35,848 nt of DNA from Sandaracinaceae bacterium (GCA_044220955.1 JBGAQA010000073.1:1-35848); one strand, 5' to 3'; counted from the stretch's first letter, positions 1 to 9,235 are shown. Made by a program: numbers and translations. Notes: generated by a model not told the origin, from the sequence alone.

Positions 1-2
1 CG

Positions 3-89
3 CCCCGGCAGACCCGCTACGCGGACGCCGTCGCCGTCATCGAGGCGCTCGCGGCACGAAGGGACGTCGCGCTCGCCGCGATCGAGTGA
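3..89 (+). CDS. 3' end of a truncated CDS, possibly ExbD/TolR-like
   Basis: Frame reads PRQTRYADAVAVIEALAARRDVALAAIE* with GC3-rich codons. It resembles the ExbD C-terminus (T.Y..vv.v...l......valA). Only 28 residues are visible. Confidence 0.35.
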   Translation, partial: PRQTRYADAVAVIEALAARRDVALAAIE

Positions 90-116
90 TGGACGAGCGG
101 CCGCAGGGCCCGGGCG

Positions 117-749
117 TCAGCCGCTGGTCATGCGGATCGTGACGTTGACCGTGATGGTGTCCGACACCTTGAGGCGGACGAGCGGACCCACGCTCACCGA
201 GTAGTCGGGGAGCATGACCGTGAACGCCGCCTGGGCGCGGATCAGGTCGCCGGTGATGCCCTGGCCGCGGAGCTCGTCGCTGGCCGGGAGGTAGCGCACC
301 TGCGCGGGGATCGTCACGTCGTGCGTCACGCCGTGGATGGAGAAGCGGCCGTGCAGCTGGACGCGGACCACCTCGCCGGCCGGCAAGGACGACGCGCCGG
401 TGACGCTCGTGATCTCGAGCACGGCGTCGGGGTGCGCCGGCGCGTCGAGCCAGGTGGGCGAGTGGAGGTGCTCGTCGCGAAGGTCCGAGCCCGTGTGCAG
501 GCTCGTGATCGGCACGGTGATGCGCCCCGTCGCGGTCGAGAGGCTCGCCGGATCGATCGAGATCGAGCCGTTGACGGTGCTGCTCGTCCCCGTCGTGCGC
601 TCGAGAGGCGCGTCCGACACGAACTGGATGCGGCTCCCGGAGGTCGCGGTGAACGTGCGCGTCTGGGCCTCGGCGCGCGTCGCGGCGAGCGAGAGGAGCG
701 CGGCGAGCGAGACGAGCGCGAGGGCGGGGAGGCGGGCGGTACGAAGCAT
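117..749 (-). CDS. YceI-family (polyisoprenoid/lipid-binding) secreted protein
   Basis: Signal peptide (MLRTARLPALALVSLAALLSLAATRAEA) followed by YceI motifs S.IQF, 'SLHTGSDLRDEHLHSPTWLDA', 'GRFSIHGVTHDV'. AGGAG RBS lies upstream of ATG 749. Confidence 0.9.
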   Translation of the reverse strand: MLRTARLPALALVSLAALLSLAATRAEAQTRTFTATSGSRIQFVSDAPLERTTGTSSTVNGSISIDPASLSTATGRITVPITSLHTGSDLRDEHLHSPTWLDAPAHPDAVLEITSVTGASSLPAGEVVRVQLHGRFSIHGVTHDVTIPAQVRYLPASDELRGQGITGDLIRAQAAFTVMLPDYSVSVGPLVRLKVSDTITVNVTIRMTSG

Positions 750-1001
750 CACGATCTCCTGGTGCCCGGAGGATAGTGCGAAACCCGCGCCCACGAGGGC
801 GAGAACTGCCGTCGGAGCGCGCGCGCCCGACGCGTCCTCGCGGGGCGTTCCATCGCGGTTCGCCGGGTTCGACGCAGGCCCGCGCCCCTCATTCATCCGC
901 GCCCGCGGCCCCACCTGCCCCTTCTCACGGCTTCACGCGTCGGCGGACGCCCACGCTCGAGAGCGCCTCGACCCACGGCTGGCCCGCGCTACCGTCTCGC
1001 G

Positions 1002-1223
1002 GTGTCCGCCGACGACGTCGTGACCGCGATCCTCGTCACGGCATCCATCGCGGGCCCCGCGCTGCTCGTCGCGTCGCGTCGCGTCGGCCGGAGCGACGAC
1101 CCCGAGGCGCCGCCGCCGCGCAACGCTCTCTTGGCGCTCGCAGGCGCCTCTCTCACGTTCTTCGGCTGGATCCTGCTCGCGCTCTGGATCTGGCTCTCGA
1201 CCAGGCACTGGGGGATGTTGTGA
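1002..1223 (+). CDS. small two-TM hypothetical membrane protein
   Basis: 73-aa ORF with two hydrophobic segments and GC3-biased codons, filling the gap between neighbouring genes. Confidence 0.6.
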   Translation: MSADDVVTAILVTASIAGPALLVASRRVGRSDDPEAPPPRNALLALAGASLTFFGWILLALWIWLSTRHWGML

Positions 1224-1294
1224 GCGGTCGGCGCGGCGACACCGCGCGCGCGCTCGACCGGTGGGCGCGCCGATCGCGTGTACCCTGCAGGACC

Positions 1295-2338
1295 GTGACA
1301 CGGGCATGGGTCCTCTCCCTGGCGATCGTCTCGGTCGCCTGTCAGGCCGTCGGTGAGCGGGGTGCGAGCTGCGAGCGCGCGTCGGAATGCGCCCAGCCGC
1401 TCGTGTGCGCGCTCGGCCGATGTCGCGCGCAGTGCAGCGAGTCTCGCGACTGCCCGGCCGGTGCTCGCTGTCTCGCTGCCTCGCGCGGCGCGGGCGTCTG
1501 CTCGCTCGAGGTCGAGTCGCGGTGCACCGACTTCTGCTCCCCCCCGCTGCGCTGCGAAGCAGACCAGTGCCGTACCGAGTGCACGACCGACGCCGACTGC
1601 TTTCGCGGTCGCTGCGTCGACCTCACGTGTGTCGAGCCGACCTCCGGCCTCGACGCGGGCCCCCCACCGGACGGCGGCGACGATGCCGCGCAGGGCGCCG
1701 ACGCGGGCCGCGACGCGTCGGCGGGCGACACGGGTGACGACGCGGGCGCCGACGGGTGGGCGCCGGATGCGTGGGCCGACGACGCGTGGGCCGACGATGC
1801 GTGGGCCGACGACGCATGGACGCCGGATCTCGGGGTCGACGCCGGCTGCGTGACCGGCTGCCAGGCGGGCACCGGCTGCGCGCCCGGGAACCTCGCCGGC
1901 GAGTGCGGCTACGGAGGTCACCTCTGCAGCAGCTGCGCGTCGTGCACCGCGACAGGGGTGTGCGCGGGGGGCGACACCTGCGCGTCGCCCTTCGACATCA
2001 CCGCGCTCGGCTCGTACGTGTTCGCCGTCGACACGTGTGCCCTCGCCGACGACGTCACCGTCGCCAGCTGTTCCACCGGGACGCCGGGGGGAGGTCCCGA
2101 CGCGATCCTGGTCGCCCATCTCTCGGCCGCGAGAGGCATCCACCTCCGCACCGATCCGCCCGCCACGATCGCGTACCTGTCCCCGACCGGTCCATGCAGC
2201 TCGGCCCCGGTCGACTGCACGACGCTCGGCGACTTCACCTCCACCGGTGGCGGGGCGGGCATCGACACGTACTTCGCCGTCGAGAGCGTGTCCGGCACCT
2301 GTGGCCTGATCACCATCCTCGTCGACCAGATGCCCTGA
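1295..2338 (+). CDS. Cys-rich secreted lipoprotein (myxobacterial type) with acidic DAG/WADDA linker
   Basis: GTG start and lipobox-like LSLAIVSVA-C. Repeated C-x5-C/CxxGxC modules, an Asp/Ala/Gly linker, then a second Cys-rich domain. Confidence 0.75.
   Translation: MTRAWVLSLAIVSVACQAVGERGASCERASECAQPLVCALGRCRAQCSESRDCPAGARCLAASRGAGVCSLEVESRCTDFCSPPLRCEADQCRTECTTDADCFRGRCVDLTCVEPTSGLDAGPPPDGGDDAAQGADAGRDASAGDTGDDAGADGWAPDAWADDAWADDAWADDAWTPDLGVDAGCVTGCQAGTGCAPGNLAGECGYGGHLCSSCASCTATGVCAGGDTCASPFDITALGSYVFAVDTCALADDVTVASCSTGTPGGGPDAILVAHLSAARGIHLRTDPPATIAYLSPTGPCSSAPVDCTTLGDFTSTGGGAGIDTYFAVESVSGTCGLITILVDQMP
1757..1831 (+). repeat. 15-bp in-frame tandem repeat x5 (WAPDA-WADDA-WADDA-WADDA-WTPDL)
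   Basis: tgggcgccggatgcg / tgggccgacgacgcg / tgggccgacgatgcg / tgggccgacgacgca / tggacgccggatctc. Confidence 0.9.
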
Positions 2339-2454
2339 CCCGCGCGCGCGGCCGCGACCGGACGAGCGCGCGGGCGAGGTGCGACGCGGGCACCCGGCGG
2401 CGCGCAGCAGTCCTTGGATGCCGCGGCCTGGTCGCGGCACACTCTCGCAGCGCG

Positions 2455-3048
2455 ATGACGCGGGCCCTCGACGACGTCTACCTCGAGATCGAGGGTGCCC
2501 AGTGGTGCCTCCTCGACGGCGAGATCGTCGAGGGTCCGGAGGTCGCGGCGGTTCTTCTCCGCGCTTGCTGGTCCGGGGCGAGCGACGGCCCACCGCGCAA
2601 GCGCCGGCTACGGGTGGACGCGCAGGGGCACGTCAGGCTGGTCCAGGTCACCGACTTCGGCTGGCGGCTCGACCGGGATGGCCGGCCTCTGCACATCCCA
2701 CCCGAGGCGGGGCCGCCCACGGGCCCCGAAGGCGCATCGGTGGTCACGGTCGACGTGGACGCGCCCCAGCGCGCGACCGGACGCTGGCTCGTCGGGCGCC
2801 GTGTCAAGGATGGGGTCTCGCTGCACTCGCGGCTGCCCCGCCCGGAGGACTTCGAAGAGGCGCGCGTGCTCGACGTCGCGAACGGACGGATCGTGCGCGT
2901 GCACGAGTGGGCGGCGTTCCGCCGGCGCCGCGCGCGGCTCTGGGTCGGCGCGATGCTCGGTCTCTGCCTGCTCGGCCTCGGCCTGCTCGTGCTCGGCCTG
3001 CTCGGACTGCCGAGCACGTGCACGTCCTCGCACGGCGGGGGCGGCTGA
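2455..3048 (+). CDS. hypothetical protein with C-terminal membrane anchor
   Basis: ATG 2455 (MTRALDDVYLEIEG...). Globular N-terminal part, then RRRRAR and a Leu/Gly-rich TM helix. Confidence 0.6.
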   Translation: MTRALDDVYLEIEGAQWCLLDGEIVEGPEVAAVLLRACWSGASDGPPRKRRLRVDAQGHVRLVQVTDFGWRLDRDGRPLHIPPEAGPPTGPEGASVVTVDVDAPQRATGRWLVGRRVKDGVSLHSRLPRPEDFEEARVLDVANGRIVRVHEWAAFRRRRARLWVGAMLGLCLLGLGLLVLGLLGLPSTCTSSHGGGG

Positions 3049-3200
3049 TCGTCTCCAGGCCCCGGAGCGCTCGAGGTGACGCGCTCTTCTCGACGCCCAC
3101 CGCGCTGCAGGCTCGCGCTCGCGCGCACGAGCCTCGCGCGCAGCGGGCTCGCCCACGGCGGCCCGGCGCCCCGCGGCGCCCAGGGCTCACTTGGCCCTTC

Positions 3201-3965
3201 TCAAGCCGCGGCGGGGGGCACGCTCCCGAGCAGCGCGCCGTTGTCCACGAGGAGCGCGACGAAGGTCGACATCTCGTCGACGAAGGCGGCGTCGGCGGCG
3301 CGGGCGTGGGCGGCGAGCGCCGCGCGCACCGAGTCGATGGCGGGCCGTTCGCCGCGCGCGAGGTCGTCGAGCAGCGTCGCCCAGATCGGCTCCATCCAGC
3401 GCGTCTCGACGCGGTGGTCGGGCCGCCGGTACACGGCGAGCCGGAACGCCCCCGGCGCGGGATCCGCCTCCCCGCAGGTGTGCACCGACCACGCGACGGT
3501 CAGGAGGCGGAGCGCCGGGCTGGGGATCGGAACGAGCTCGAGGTCGAAGTCGACGCAGGCCACCGGGCGCGGCGCGGGCCGGTAGTTCGCCTGCCACTGC
3601 GCCTCTTCGAGGCGGAGCAGATCGTGCGCCCACGCCGGCTCGATCGGCGCGTTCGCCATGGCGCGGACCGCCCAGGCGCCGAAGTGCTCGGCATGCTCGC
3701 GGAAGAAGCGCGTCGCGAGCGGGCTCACGCTCACGTGCGCGTCGGCGAGCGCATCCATCCGCGCGCGCCCGAGGGCGCGGGTGGTGCGCGGGTAGGCGGA
3801 CGCGACCAGGTCGCGCAGCCGCCCGCGGACGAGGTCGCGATAGAGCGCGAAGCGCCCGGCCGGGCCGCCGCCGTCGCGCTCGAGCCGCGCGACGTCCGCC
3901 GGATCGACCGCCTCGGCGACGCAGACGCGCTGGAGCGCGGCGAGCACCTCGTCGAGCTCGCTCAC
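3201..3965 (-). CDS. DUF2063-family MNIO partner protein (HvfC/BufC-like, putative substrate recognition)
   Basis: 'RFALYRDLVRGRL...AYPRT..ALG', 'FF..AEHF..W', 'DLLRLEEAQ'. Overlaps the DUF692 stop by 4 nt (GTGA), the usual arrangement for this pair. Confidence 0.8.
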   Translation of the reverse strand: MSELDEVLAALQRVCVAEAVDPADVARLERDGGGPAGRFALYRDLVRGRLRDLVASAYPRTTRALGRARMDALADAHVSVSPLATRFFREHAEHFGAWAVRAMANAPIEPAWAHDLLRLEEAQWQANYRPAPRPVACVDFDLELVPIPSPALRLLTVAWSVHTCGEADPAPGAFRLAVYRRPDHRVETRWMEPIWATLLDDLARGERPAIDSVRAALAAHARAADAAFVDEMSTFVALLVDNGALLGSVPPAAA

Positions 3966-4780
3966 CTCGCCTCCCGGACGATCGTCGTCAGCGCCTCGAC
4001 CTCGGCGACCAGCTCCGAGAAGGCGGGGTAGTTCCCGTCGCGCTCGAGCAGCACCGGCACCTCCGGCATGCGTCGCAGCGCGTGCGCCAAGAGCGCCTTC
4101 ACCTCCTCGCGCACCGGCTCCGCGTGGGTGTCGAGGATCAGCCCGTCCGGCCGCACGAGGTGACCGGCCACGTGGATCTGCACGACGCGCTCGGCCGGGA
4201 TGCGGTCGAGGTACGTGCGCGCGTCGATGCCGTGGTTGTTCTGGTTCACGAACACGTTGTTGACGTCGAGGAGCACCTTCGCGCGCGACCGATCGAGCAC
4301 CTCGAGCACGAAGTCGATCTCGTCGAGCCCGCGTGGACCCGGGTGCGCGTAGGTGCTCACGTTCTCGAGCGCCACGTCGAGCTCGAGGGCGTCGGAGAGC
4401 TCGTCGACGCGGCGCGCCGCGCGCGCGGCCGACTCGATCGTCTGCGGCAGAGGGAGCAGATCGTGCAGGAACGCGCTGCCGGTGCCGCTCCAGCAGAGGT
4501 GCTCGCTGTGCCAGCGGGAGCCGAGCGAGCGCGTGAGGGCGCGCAGCTGCCGCACGTACTCTCGATCGGGCCGGTCGGGGTTGCCGAGGCAGAGCGTCAG
4601 CCCGTGCGTGACGATCGGGTAGTGCGCGCGCGCTCGCTCGAGCTGCTCCTCGTAGAAGCCCGCGCGCGCGATGTAGTTCTCGGGGTGGATCTCCAGCCAG
4701 CGGATGGCCTCGGGACGCTCGCGGAAGAGGTCGTCCGCGAGCTCCCAGCGAAGTCCGATCCCGACGCCGACGACGCTCAC
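3962..4780 (-). CDS. DUF692 multinuclear non-heme iron-dependent oxidase (MNIO; MbnB/TglH/ChrH/BufB family)
   Basis: Family motifs present in order: GIGLR, LEIHPENY, THG.TL.LG, SEHLCWS, DLLPLP, LENVSTY, LLDVNNVFVN, QIHVAGH, LDTH, LLERD. Confidence 0.93.
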   Translation of the reverse strand: MSVVGVGIGLRWELADDLFRERPEAIRWLEIHPENYIARAGFYEEQLERARAHYPIVTHGLTLCLGNPDRPDREYVRQLRALTRSLGSRWHSEHLCWSGTGSAFLHDLLPLPQTIESAARAARRVDELSDALELDVALENVSTYAHPGPRGLDEIDFVLEVLDRSRAKVLLDVNNVFVNQNNHGIDARTYLDRIPAERVVQIHVAGHLVRPDGLILDTHAEPVREEVKALLAHALRRMPEVPVLLERDGNYPAFSELVAEVEALTTIVREAR

Positions 4781-4796
4781 CGCCGCAGTCTAGCGG

Positions 4797-5600
4797 TCAG
4801 CGCGTCGTGACGCGCGGCGAGATCGCGAACGCGGGGATCTCGAAGCGCACGTCGGGCCCCGGCGCCGGCGCGAGCGTCCGCTCGACCAGCGTCGCCGTGC
4901 CGTCCGAGCGCACGACGAGCACCGTCGCGCAGCGCGTGCCGTAGGCGGGGGTCTCGATCCGGATCGGGGAGAGCGCGCGCTCGAGCGCGAGGCCGACGCC
5001 CGTGTCGGGCAGCGCCGCGTCGTCGGGGCGCGCGTCGTCCGCGAGGATCGCGAAGAGCGCGTCCACGTCCGAGCCCGAGGGCCTCGAGAGGGCCGCGGCG
5101 AGCATCGCCTTGGCCCGCTCGACCTTCGGCCAGGGCGTGTCGAGGGCGGCGTTGGACAGGCCGTGAACGCCGCGCGGGATGCGTCGCGGGAGCGCGCCAC
5201 CGCGGTTCGAGCACCAGAGGAGCGAGCTCTCGTCGAGCAGGAGCAGGTTGAAGCCTCGCATCGTGCGATCGGAGGACACGCGTTCCGCGTACGCGAGCGC
5301 ATCCTCGTCGCATTCGAGGAACGCGCGCACGAGATCGCCGCGCGACGGCTCTGCCGGCTCCTTCGGGCGCAGATCGGCCGGGTCGCGCACGTTCGTCACC
5401 GCCGCGAAGCGCGCAGATCCGCGGGCGGCGCGCACCCCGAGCCACGTCCCGCCGCGCTCGCGGTCGACGCCCGCGATGATCCCCGACGCGCCCCACGCAT
5501 GCATCGGCTGCGCGGGGCGGGCGTGGAATTCGTCGCGGTTGGCGATGACGACGAGCGCGAGCTCGGGGCGCGGCGCCAGCGCGAGCGCGATGAGGCACAT
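4797..5600 (-). CDS. NRDE family protein (TANGO2/DUF833, Ntn-hydrolase-like)
   Basis: MCLI start, ANRDEFHARP, GGTWLG, AVTNVR, SRGDLV, GFNLL, HGLSNAALDTPWPKV, LPDTGVG, YGTR. Confidence 0.93.
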   Translation of the reverse strand: MCLIALALAPRPELALVVIANRDEFHARPAQPMHAWGASGIIAGVDRERGGTWLGVRAARGSARFAAVTNVRDPADLRPKEPAEPSRGDLVRAFLECDEDALAYAERVSSDRTMRGFNLLLLDESSLLWCSNRGGALPRRIPRGVHGLSNAALDTPWPKVERAKAMLAAALSRPSGSDVDALFAILADDARPDDAALPDTGVGLALERALSPIRIETPAYGTRCATVLVVRSDGTATLVERTLAPAPGPDVRFEIPAFAISPRVTTR

Positions 5601-5731
5601 CCGCGCGAGTGTGGCCTCACGGCCGCATCCGCGCGACCCGGCCGCGCGCCTGCCGCGCCGTCAACCCGAGGCGTGGTCGTGCGCGCGAATACGTGGCCGG
5701 TGCCGTCCGTCGAAGTCACAATGAGGCGGTG

Positions 5732-6268
5732 ATGCGGACCCTTCCGACGCTCGTCTGCTCGCTCGCGGCTTCGCTGGTGCTCGCGCTGGCCGCAAGCGCC
5801 CAGGATGCCAGCCCGATGCTCGTCGACGCGACGCTCGAGTCGATGCGTGGCGGTCACCGGACGCTCTCCGACGAGCGCGGTCACCGGGTCGTCGTCGTGT
5901 TCTACGAAGACCGCGACCACGTCGAGGAGAACTCGACGTTCAAGGGCGACCTCAGCCGCTTCGTCACCGACAACGACCTCGACGACCGCGTCGTGATGTA
6001 CGGCGTCGCGAACCTCGCCGACGTCGGCATGGTCCCGCAGGCCTTCGTCCGGCAGATGATCGCCCCGCTCGTCGACCGCTGGGGCTCGGACATCCTGCTC
6101 GACTGGGACGGCGTGATGCGCCGTGACCCGTTCTCGTTCCCGACCGCGGCGACTACCTGCGCGATCATCGACCGCAGCGGCGCGATCGCGTACCGCTACA
6201 CCGGCGTCATCGACGAGACGCAGCGCCGCGCGTTCTATCGCGTGCTGCGCGCGGCGATCGCGCGCTGA
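5732..6268 (+). CDS. secreted thioredoxin-fold protein lacking CXXC (YtfJ-like)
   Basis: Signal peptide (…LALAASA-Q), 'TLSDERGHRVVVVFYEDRD', 'ILLDWDG', 'AIIDRSGAIAYRYTG', typical of AhpC/YtfJ-like folds. Confidence 0.65.
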   Translation: MRTLPTLVCSLAASLVLALAASAQDASPMLVDATLESMRGGHRTLSDERGHRVVVVFYEDRDHVEENSTFKGDLSRFVTDNDLDDRVVMYGVANLADVGMVPQAFVRQMIAPLVDRWGSDILLDWDGVMRRDPFSFPTAATTCAIIDRSGAIAYRYTGVIDETQRRAFYRVLRAAIAR

Positions 6269-6350
6269 TCCCGACCGGAGTGCCCGGCGCAGCCGGGCCG
6301 ATGCTCAGACTCGACGTCTGTCCTTGGATCGACGACGGCCTCGGGCACGA

Positions 6351-6411
6351 CGAGGCCGGCTCGGCCGGTGCGTCGAGGGGCCCGCCCAGGCCGCCCAGGG
6401 CCCCTGGAAAG
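6351..6411 (-). repeat. REP-like two-hairpin intergenic element, copy 1
   Basis: Minus strand right after a stop codon: CTTTCC-AGGGGCCCTGGGCGGCCTGGGCGGGCCCCT-CGACGCA-CCGGCCGAGCCGG-CCTCG. Aligns with 16547-16598. Confidence 0.6.
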
Positions 6412-7242
6412 TCAGAGCTCGATCCGGTACGCCGGGGAGTCGCCGTCGAGGCCGGTGCCCGTGACCGTCACCGTCCCTCCGCGCGTGACGGTGCCGACGA
6501 TGGGGGCCGCGCCGGTGAGCGCGAGCCGACCTTCGAAGCGCACCTCCGCGCCGCTCGCGGTGCCGGTGAGCCCGTCGATCGTGACCGTCGCGTGAGCCCC
6601 GAGCGGTCCGGTGAGCGAGGGGAGGGTGACCTCGTGCGCCGTGATGCCCAGCGGGCTCGCCCCGTCGAGCGCGAGCGCGTCCACCGAGACGGCGGGGCGA
6701 CCACCCTGGGTCACCTCGAGCGTCGCGACCTCGATCGGCGGTGGTGACATCCGCGCGACCTCGGAGGCCGCGCTCACGAGGCCCCCGATGCGCGCGGGCA
6801 CACCCAGCATCGACGCGAGCGGCCCCAGCGACCCGGCGTCGACGGGCGGCCCCGACCCACGCATGGCCACGCGCATCGTCCCGGCCCTCACGGCAGTGAC
6901 GCGCTGCCCGTCGAGATCGACGGTCAGCGGGTCCACGATCTCGAAGCTCTCGACGGCACCTTGCTCCATCGTGCACGTGCACGGCGCGATCTCGGCGTGA
7001 GCGAACGTCGCGTCGGGCGTCACGTCGAACCCGTCGCCGCACGAGATGCCGTGCTCGGACAGCGCGGCGCGCGCCACGTACCGAGCGAGCGCGCCACGGC
7101 CGAGCAAGAGGCCGGCGCCGCAGAGGCAGCAGAGGCCGAGCGGCAAGAGGCCGACGACGATCCACGCGGGACGCCGGCTCGCCTTCGCCGGCGGGGGCCG
7201 CGAGGCGTCGTCGTCGTCGTCGTCGTCGTCGCGATCCGCCAT
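6412..7242 (-). CDS. hypothetical single-pass membrane protein (acidic N-tail, CCLC TM segment, beta-rich extracytoplasmic domain)
   Basis: ATG 7242 MADRDDDDDDDD..., TM WIVVGLLPLGLCCLCGAGLLLG, GC3-rich codons. Confidence 0.7.
   Translation of the reverse strand: MADRDDDDDDDDASRPPPAKASRRPAWIVVGLLPLGLCCLCGAGLLLGRGALARYVARAALSEHGISCGDGFDVTPDATFAHAEIAPCTCTMEQGAVESFEIVDPLTVDLDGQRVTAVRAGTMRVAMRGSGPPVDAGSLGPLASMLGVPARIGGLVSAASEVARMSPPPIEVATLEVTQGGRPAVSVDALALDGASPLGITAHEVTLPSLTGPLGAHATVTIDGLTGTASGAEVRFEGRLALTGAAPIVGTVTRGGTVTVTGTGLDGDSPAYRIEL
7207..7230 (-). repeat. (GAC)8 trinucleotide tract encoding poly-Asp
   Basis: gtc x8 on the plus strand, in frame within the 6412-7242 gene. Confidence 0.85.
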
Positions 7243-7312
7243 GCGGCCGGCAATATAGCCTGCTCGCCCGCGCGAGGTTGCTTCACGGCGCGACATCGGC
7301 TCCGATACGATC

Positions 7313-7708
7313 GTGGGCGCGCTCGCGATCGTCTGGCTCGCACTCCCCGTGCTGGCATTCCTCTCGACCCTCGTCGTGCTCGCCGTCGCCTGGCCACGCG
7401 CCAGCCTCGGCGTGAGCCGCCGTCCGCTCCTGTGGACCGCCGCGATGGGCCTGGCCGAGCTCGTTCCTTGGGCCATCGCGCTCGGCGGGCCCGGCGCGCT
7501 CTTCGACACGCACTCGGCGCGCGCGACGTTCCTGGTCGCGGTCGGCACCGTGATCGCGGGCGTCGCTCTCGTCGGCACGCCCGTGCTCGCGCGCTCGCTC
7601 GAGCCTCGCGCTCGTCTCCGCGCGCTGGCCTGGCTCGTTCCGCACGGTCTGTTCCTGGCGAGCTACCTCACCGACGTCGGTCGAGATGGCATCGGGCAGA
7701 TGCTCTGA
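7313..7708 (+). CDS. hypothetical 4-TM membrane protein
   Basis: 131-aa ORF with four hydrophobic stretches, followed by a GC hairpin at 7711-7730. Confidence 0.65.
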   Translation: MGALAIVWLALPVLAFLSTLVVLAVAWPRASLGVSRRPLLWTAAMGLAELVPWAIALGGPGALFDTHSARATFLVAVGTVIAGVALVGTPVLARSLEPRARLRALAWLVPHGLFLASYLTDVGRDGIGQML

Positions 7709-7797
7709 CTCCCCGGGGTGTCGCCCGGGGCCCGTGACGTCGCCTCGCGCCCGAGCCGCGCGTGGCCTTCGGGGGTTGCGCGCGTAGGATGGGCGCG

Positions 7798-9207
7798 ATG
7801 GAAGTGACGTTCCTGGGCGCCGCCCAGACCGTGACGGGCTCGATGCACCTGGTCCGCACGCGCCACGCGCGCGTGCTCCTCGACTGTGGCCTCTTCCAGG
7901 GGCGACGGCGCGAGGCCGCCGAGCGCAACCGCGAGCTGCCCTTCGATCCGGCCGACCTCGACGCCGTCGTGCTCTCGCACGCGCACATCGATCACTCGGG
8001 CGCGCTCCCGATGCTCGCGAAGGACGGCTTCCGCGGCACGATCTACGCCACGCCCGCCACGCGGGACCTCGTCGCCGTCATGCTCGAGGACGCGGCGCTC
8101 ATCCAGGTGTCCGACGCGCGGCACGTCAACAAGATGATCGACGCCGGCCAGATCGACGGCGACCACGTCGAGCCGCTCTACACGACCGAGGACGTCGTGG
8201 CGATCCTCGGCATGACGGTCGCCGTGCCCTACCACCGCGCCATGGACGTCGCGCCCGGCATCCGCGCCACGTTCCTGGACGCGGGGCACATCCTGGGCAG
8301 CGCCATCGTCGTCCTCGACGTGGAGGAGGACGGACGGAAAGCGCGGCTCGTCTTCTCCGGCGACCTCGGCCGGAAGAACATGCCCATCCTGCGCGACCCG
8401 GAGGTCCCGGAGGGGGCGAGCATGCTGGTGCTCGAGAGCACCTACGGCGATCGCATCCATCCGAGGCGTGAGGAGATGGACGACGCGCTCGCGGCCACCA
8501 TCACGCGCACGTTCGCGCGCGGGGGCAAGCTCGTCGTGCCGACGTTCGCGCTCGAGCGGGCGCAGGAGATCGTCCTGACGATCGGTCATCTCTCGCGCGC
8601 GGGGCGGCTGCCGAAGGTGCCCATCTACGTCGACTCGCCGCTCACGGTGAAGATCACCGAGGTCTTCCGGATGCACCCCGAGTGCTACGACGTCGCGCTG
8701 CGACAGCGCATCGAGGCGGGCGAGTCGCCCTTCGACGTGCCAGGCCTGCGCTACGTGTCGAGCGTCGAGGACAGCAAGGCGCTGACCGCCGACGACGCAC
8801 CGTCCATCGTGCTCGCCGCGAGCGGCATGTGCGAGTCGGGTCGCGTGCTGCACCACCTGCGCGGGCTGCTCGGCGACCCGCGCAGCACGGTCGCGATCGT
8901 CGGGTTCCAGGCGCCCCACACGCTCGGGCGCAGGCTCGTCGAGCGCCGCGATCGCGTGCGCATCTTCGGCATGGAGCAGGACCGGCGCTGCGAGGTGGTC
9001 GTCCTGAACGGCTTCTCGGCGCACGCCGGGCAGGACGAGCTCGTCGACTTCGCGACCGCCGTCCACGCCGGCGGGCCGCTCGACGACGTCGCGCTCGTGC
9101 ACGGCGAGCTGCCTGCCCAGCGCGTCCTCGCGTCGCTCCTCGAGGAGCGTGGCCTGCCTCGTGCCCGGATCCCGGAGCGCGGCGATCGGGCCCGGCTCGG
9201 CCGCTGA
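7798..9207 (+). CDS. MBL-fold metallo-hydrolase, beta-CASP family (YSH1-like RNA-processing nuclease)
   Basis: FLGAAQTVTGS, LLDCGLFQG, LSHAHIDHSG, DAGHILGS, FSGDLG, ESTYGDR, PTFALERAQE, SGMCESGRVLHHL, GFSAHA, LVHGE. Confidence 0.95.
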   Translation: MEVTFLGAAQTVTGSMHLVRTRHARVLLDCGLFQGRRREAAERNRELPFDPADLDAVVLSHAHIDHSGALPMLAKDGFRGTIYATPATRDLVAVMLEDAALIQVSDARHVNKMIDAGQIDGDHVEPLYTTEDVVAILGMTVAVPYHRAMDVAPGIRATFLDAGHILGSAIVVLDVEEDGRKARLVFSGDLGRKNMPILRDPEVPEGASMLVLESTYGDRIHPRREEMDDALAATITRTFARGGKLVVPTFALERAQEIVLTIGHLSRAGRLPKVPIYVDSPLTVKITEVFRMHPECYDVALRQRIEAGESPFDVPGLRYVSSVEDSKALTADDAPSIVLAASGMCESGRVLHHLRGLLGDPRSTVAIVGFQAPHTLGRRLVERRDRVRIFGMEQDRRCEVVVLNGFSAHAGQDELVDFATAVHAGGPLDDVALVHGELPAQRVLASLLEERGLPRARIPERGDRARLGR

Positions 9208-9235
9208 GCCCCGGGATCCGGCGCGCGGACGGCGT

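Noticed and set aside
1757..1831. Short repeats as a CRISPR array
   Set aside because: They are contiguous in-frame 15-bp coding repeats with no spacers, and there are no cas genes.
2804..3190. Minus-strand ORF just after DUF2063 containing CARGSCARARACS, considered as an MNIO precursor
   Set aside because: It has low-complexity Arg-rich composition and no signal or leader features, overlaps the + strand gene, and runs through a hairpin-rich intergenic region. It cannot be fully excluded.
7207..7230. (GAC)8 tract as a phase-variation switch
   Set aside because: A trinucleotide unit preserves the frame, so slippage would only change poly-Asp length.
2339..7730. GC hairpins after stop codons (2339-2374, 6282-6298, 7711-7730) as intrinsic terminators
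   Set aside because: They have no U-tracts, and such hairpins arise easily at this GC content.
7763..7780. TGGCCTTCGGGGGTTGCG upstream of the MBL nuclease as a sigma54 promoter
   Set aside because: GG-to-GC spacing is 12, not the obligatory 10, and no enhancer palindrome is nearby.
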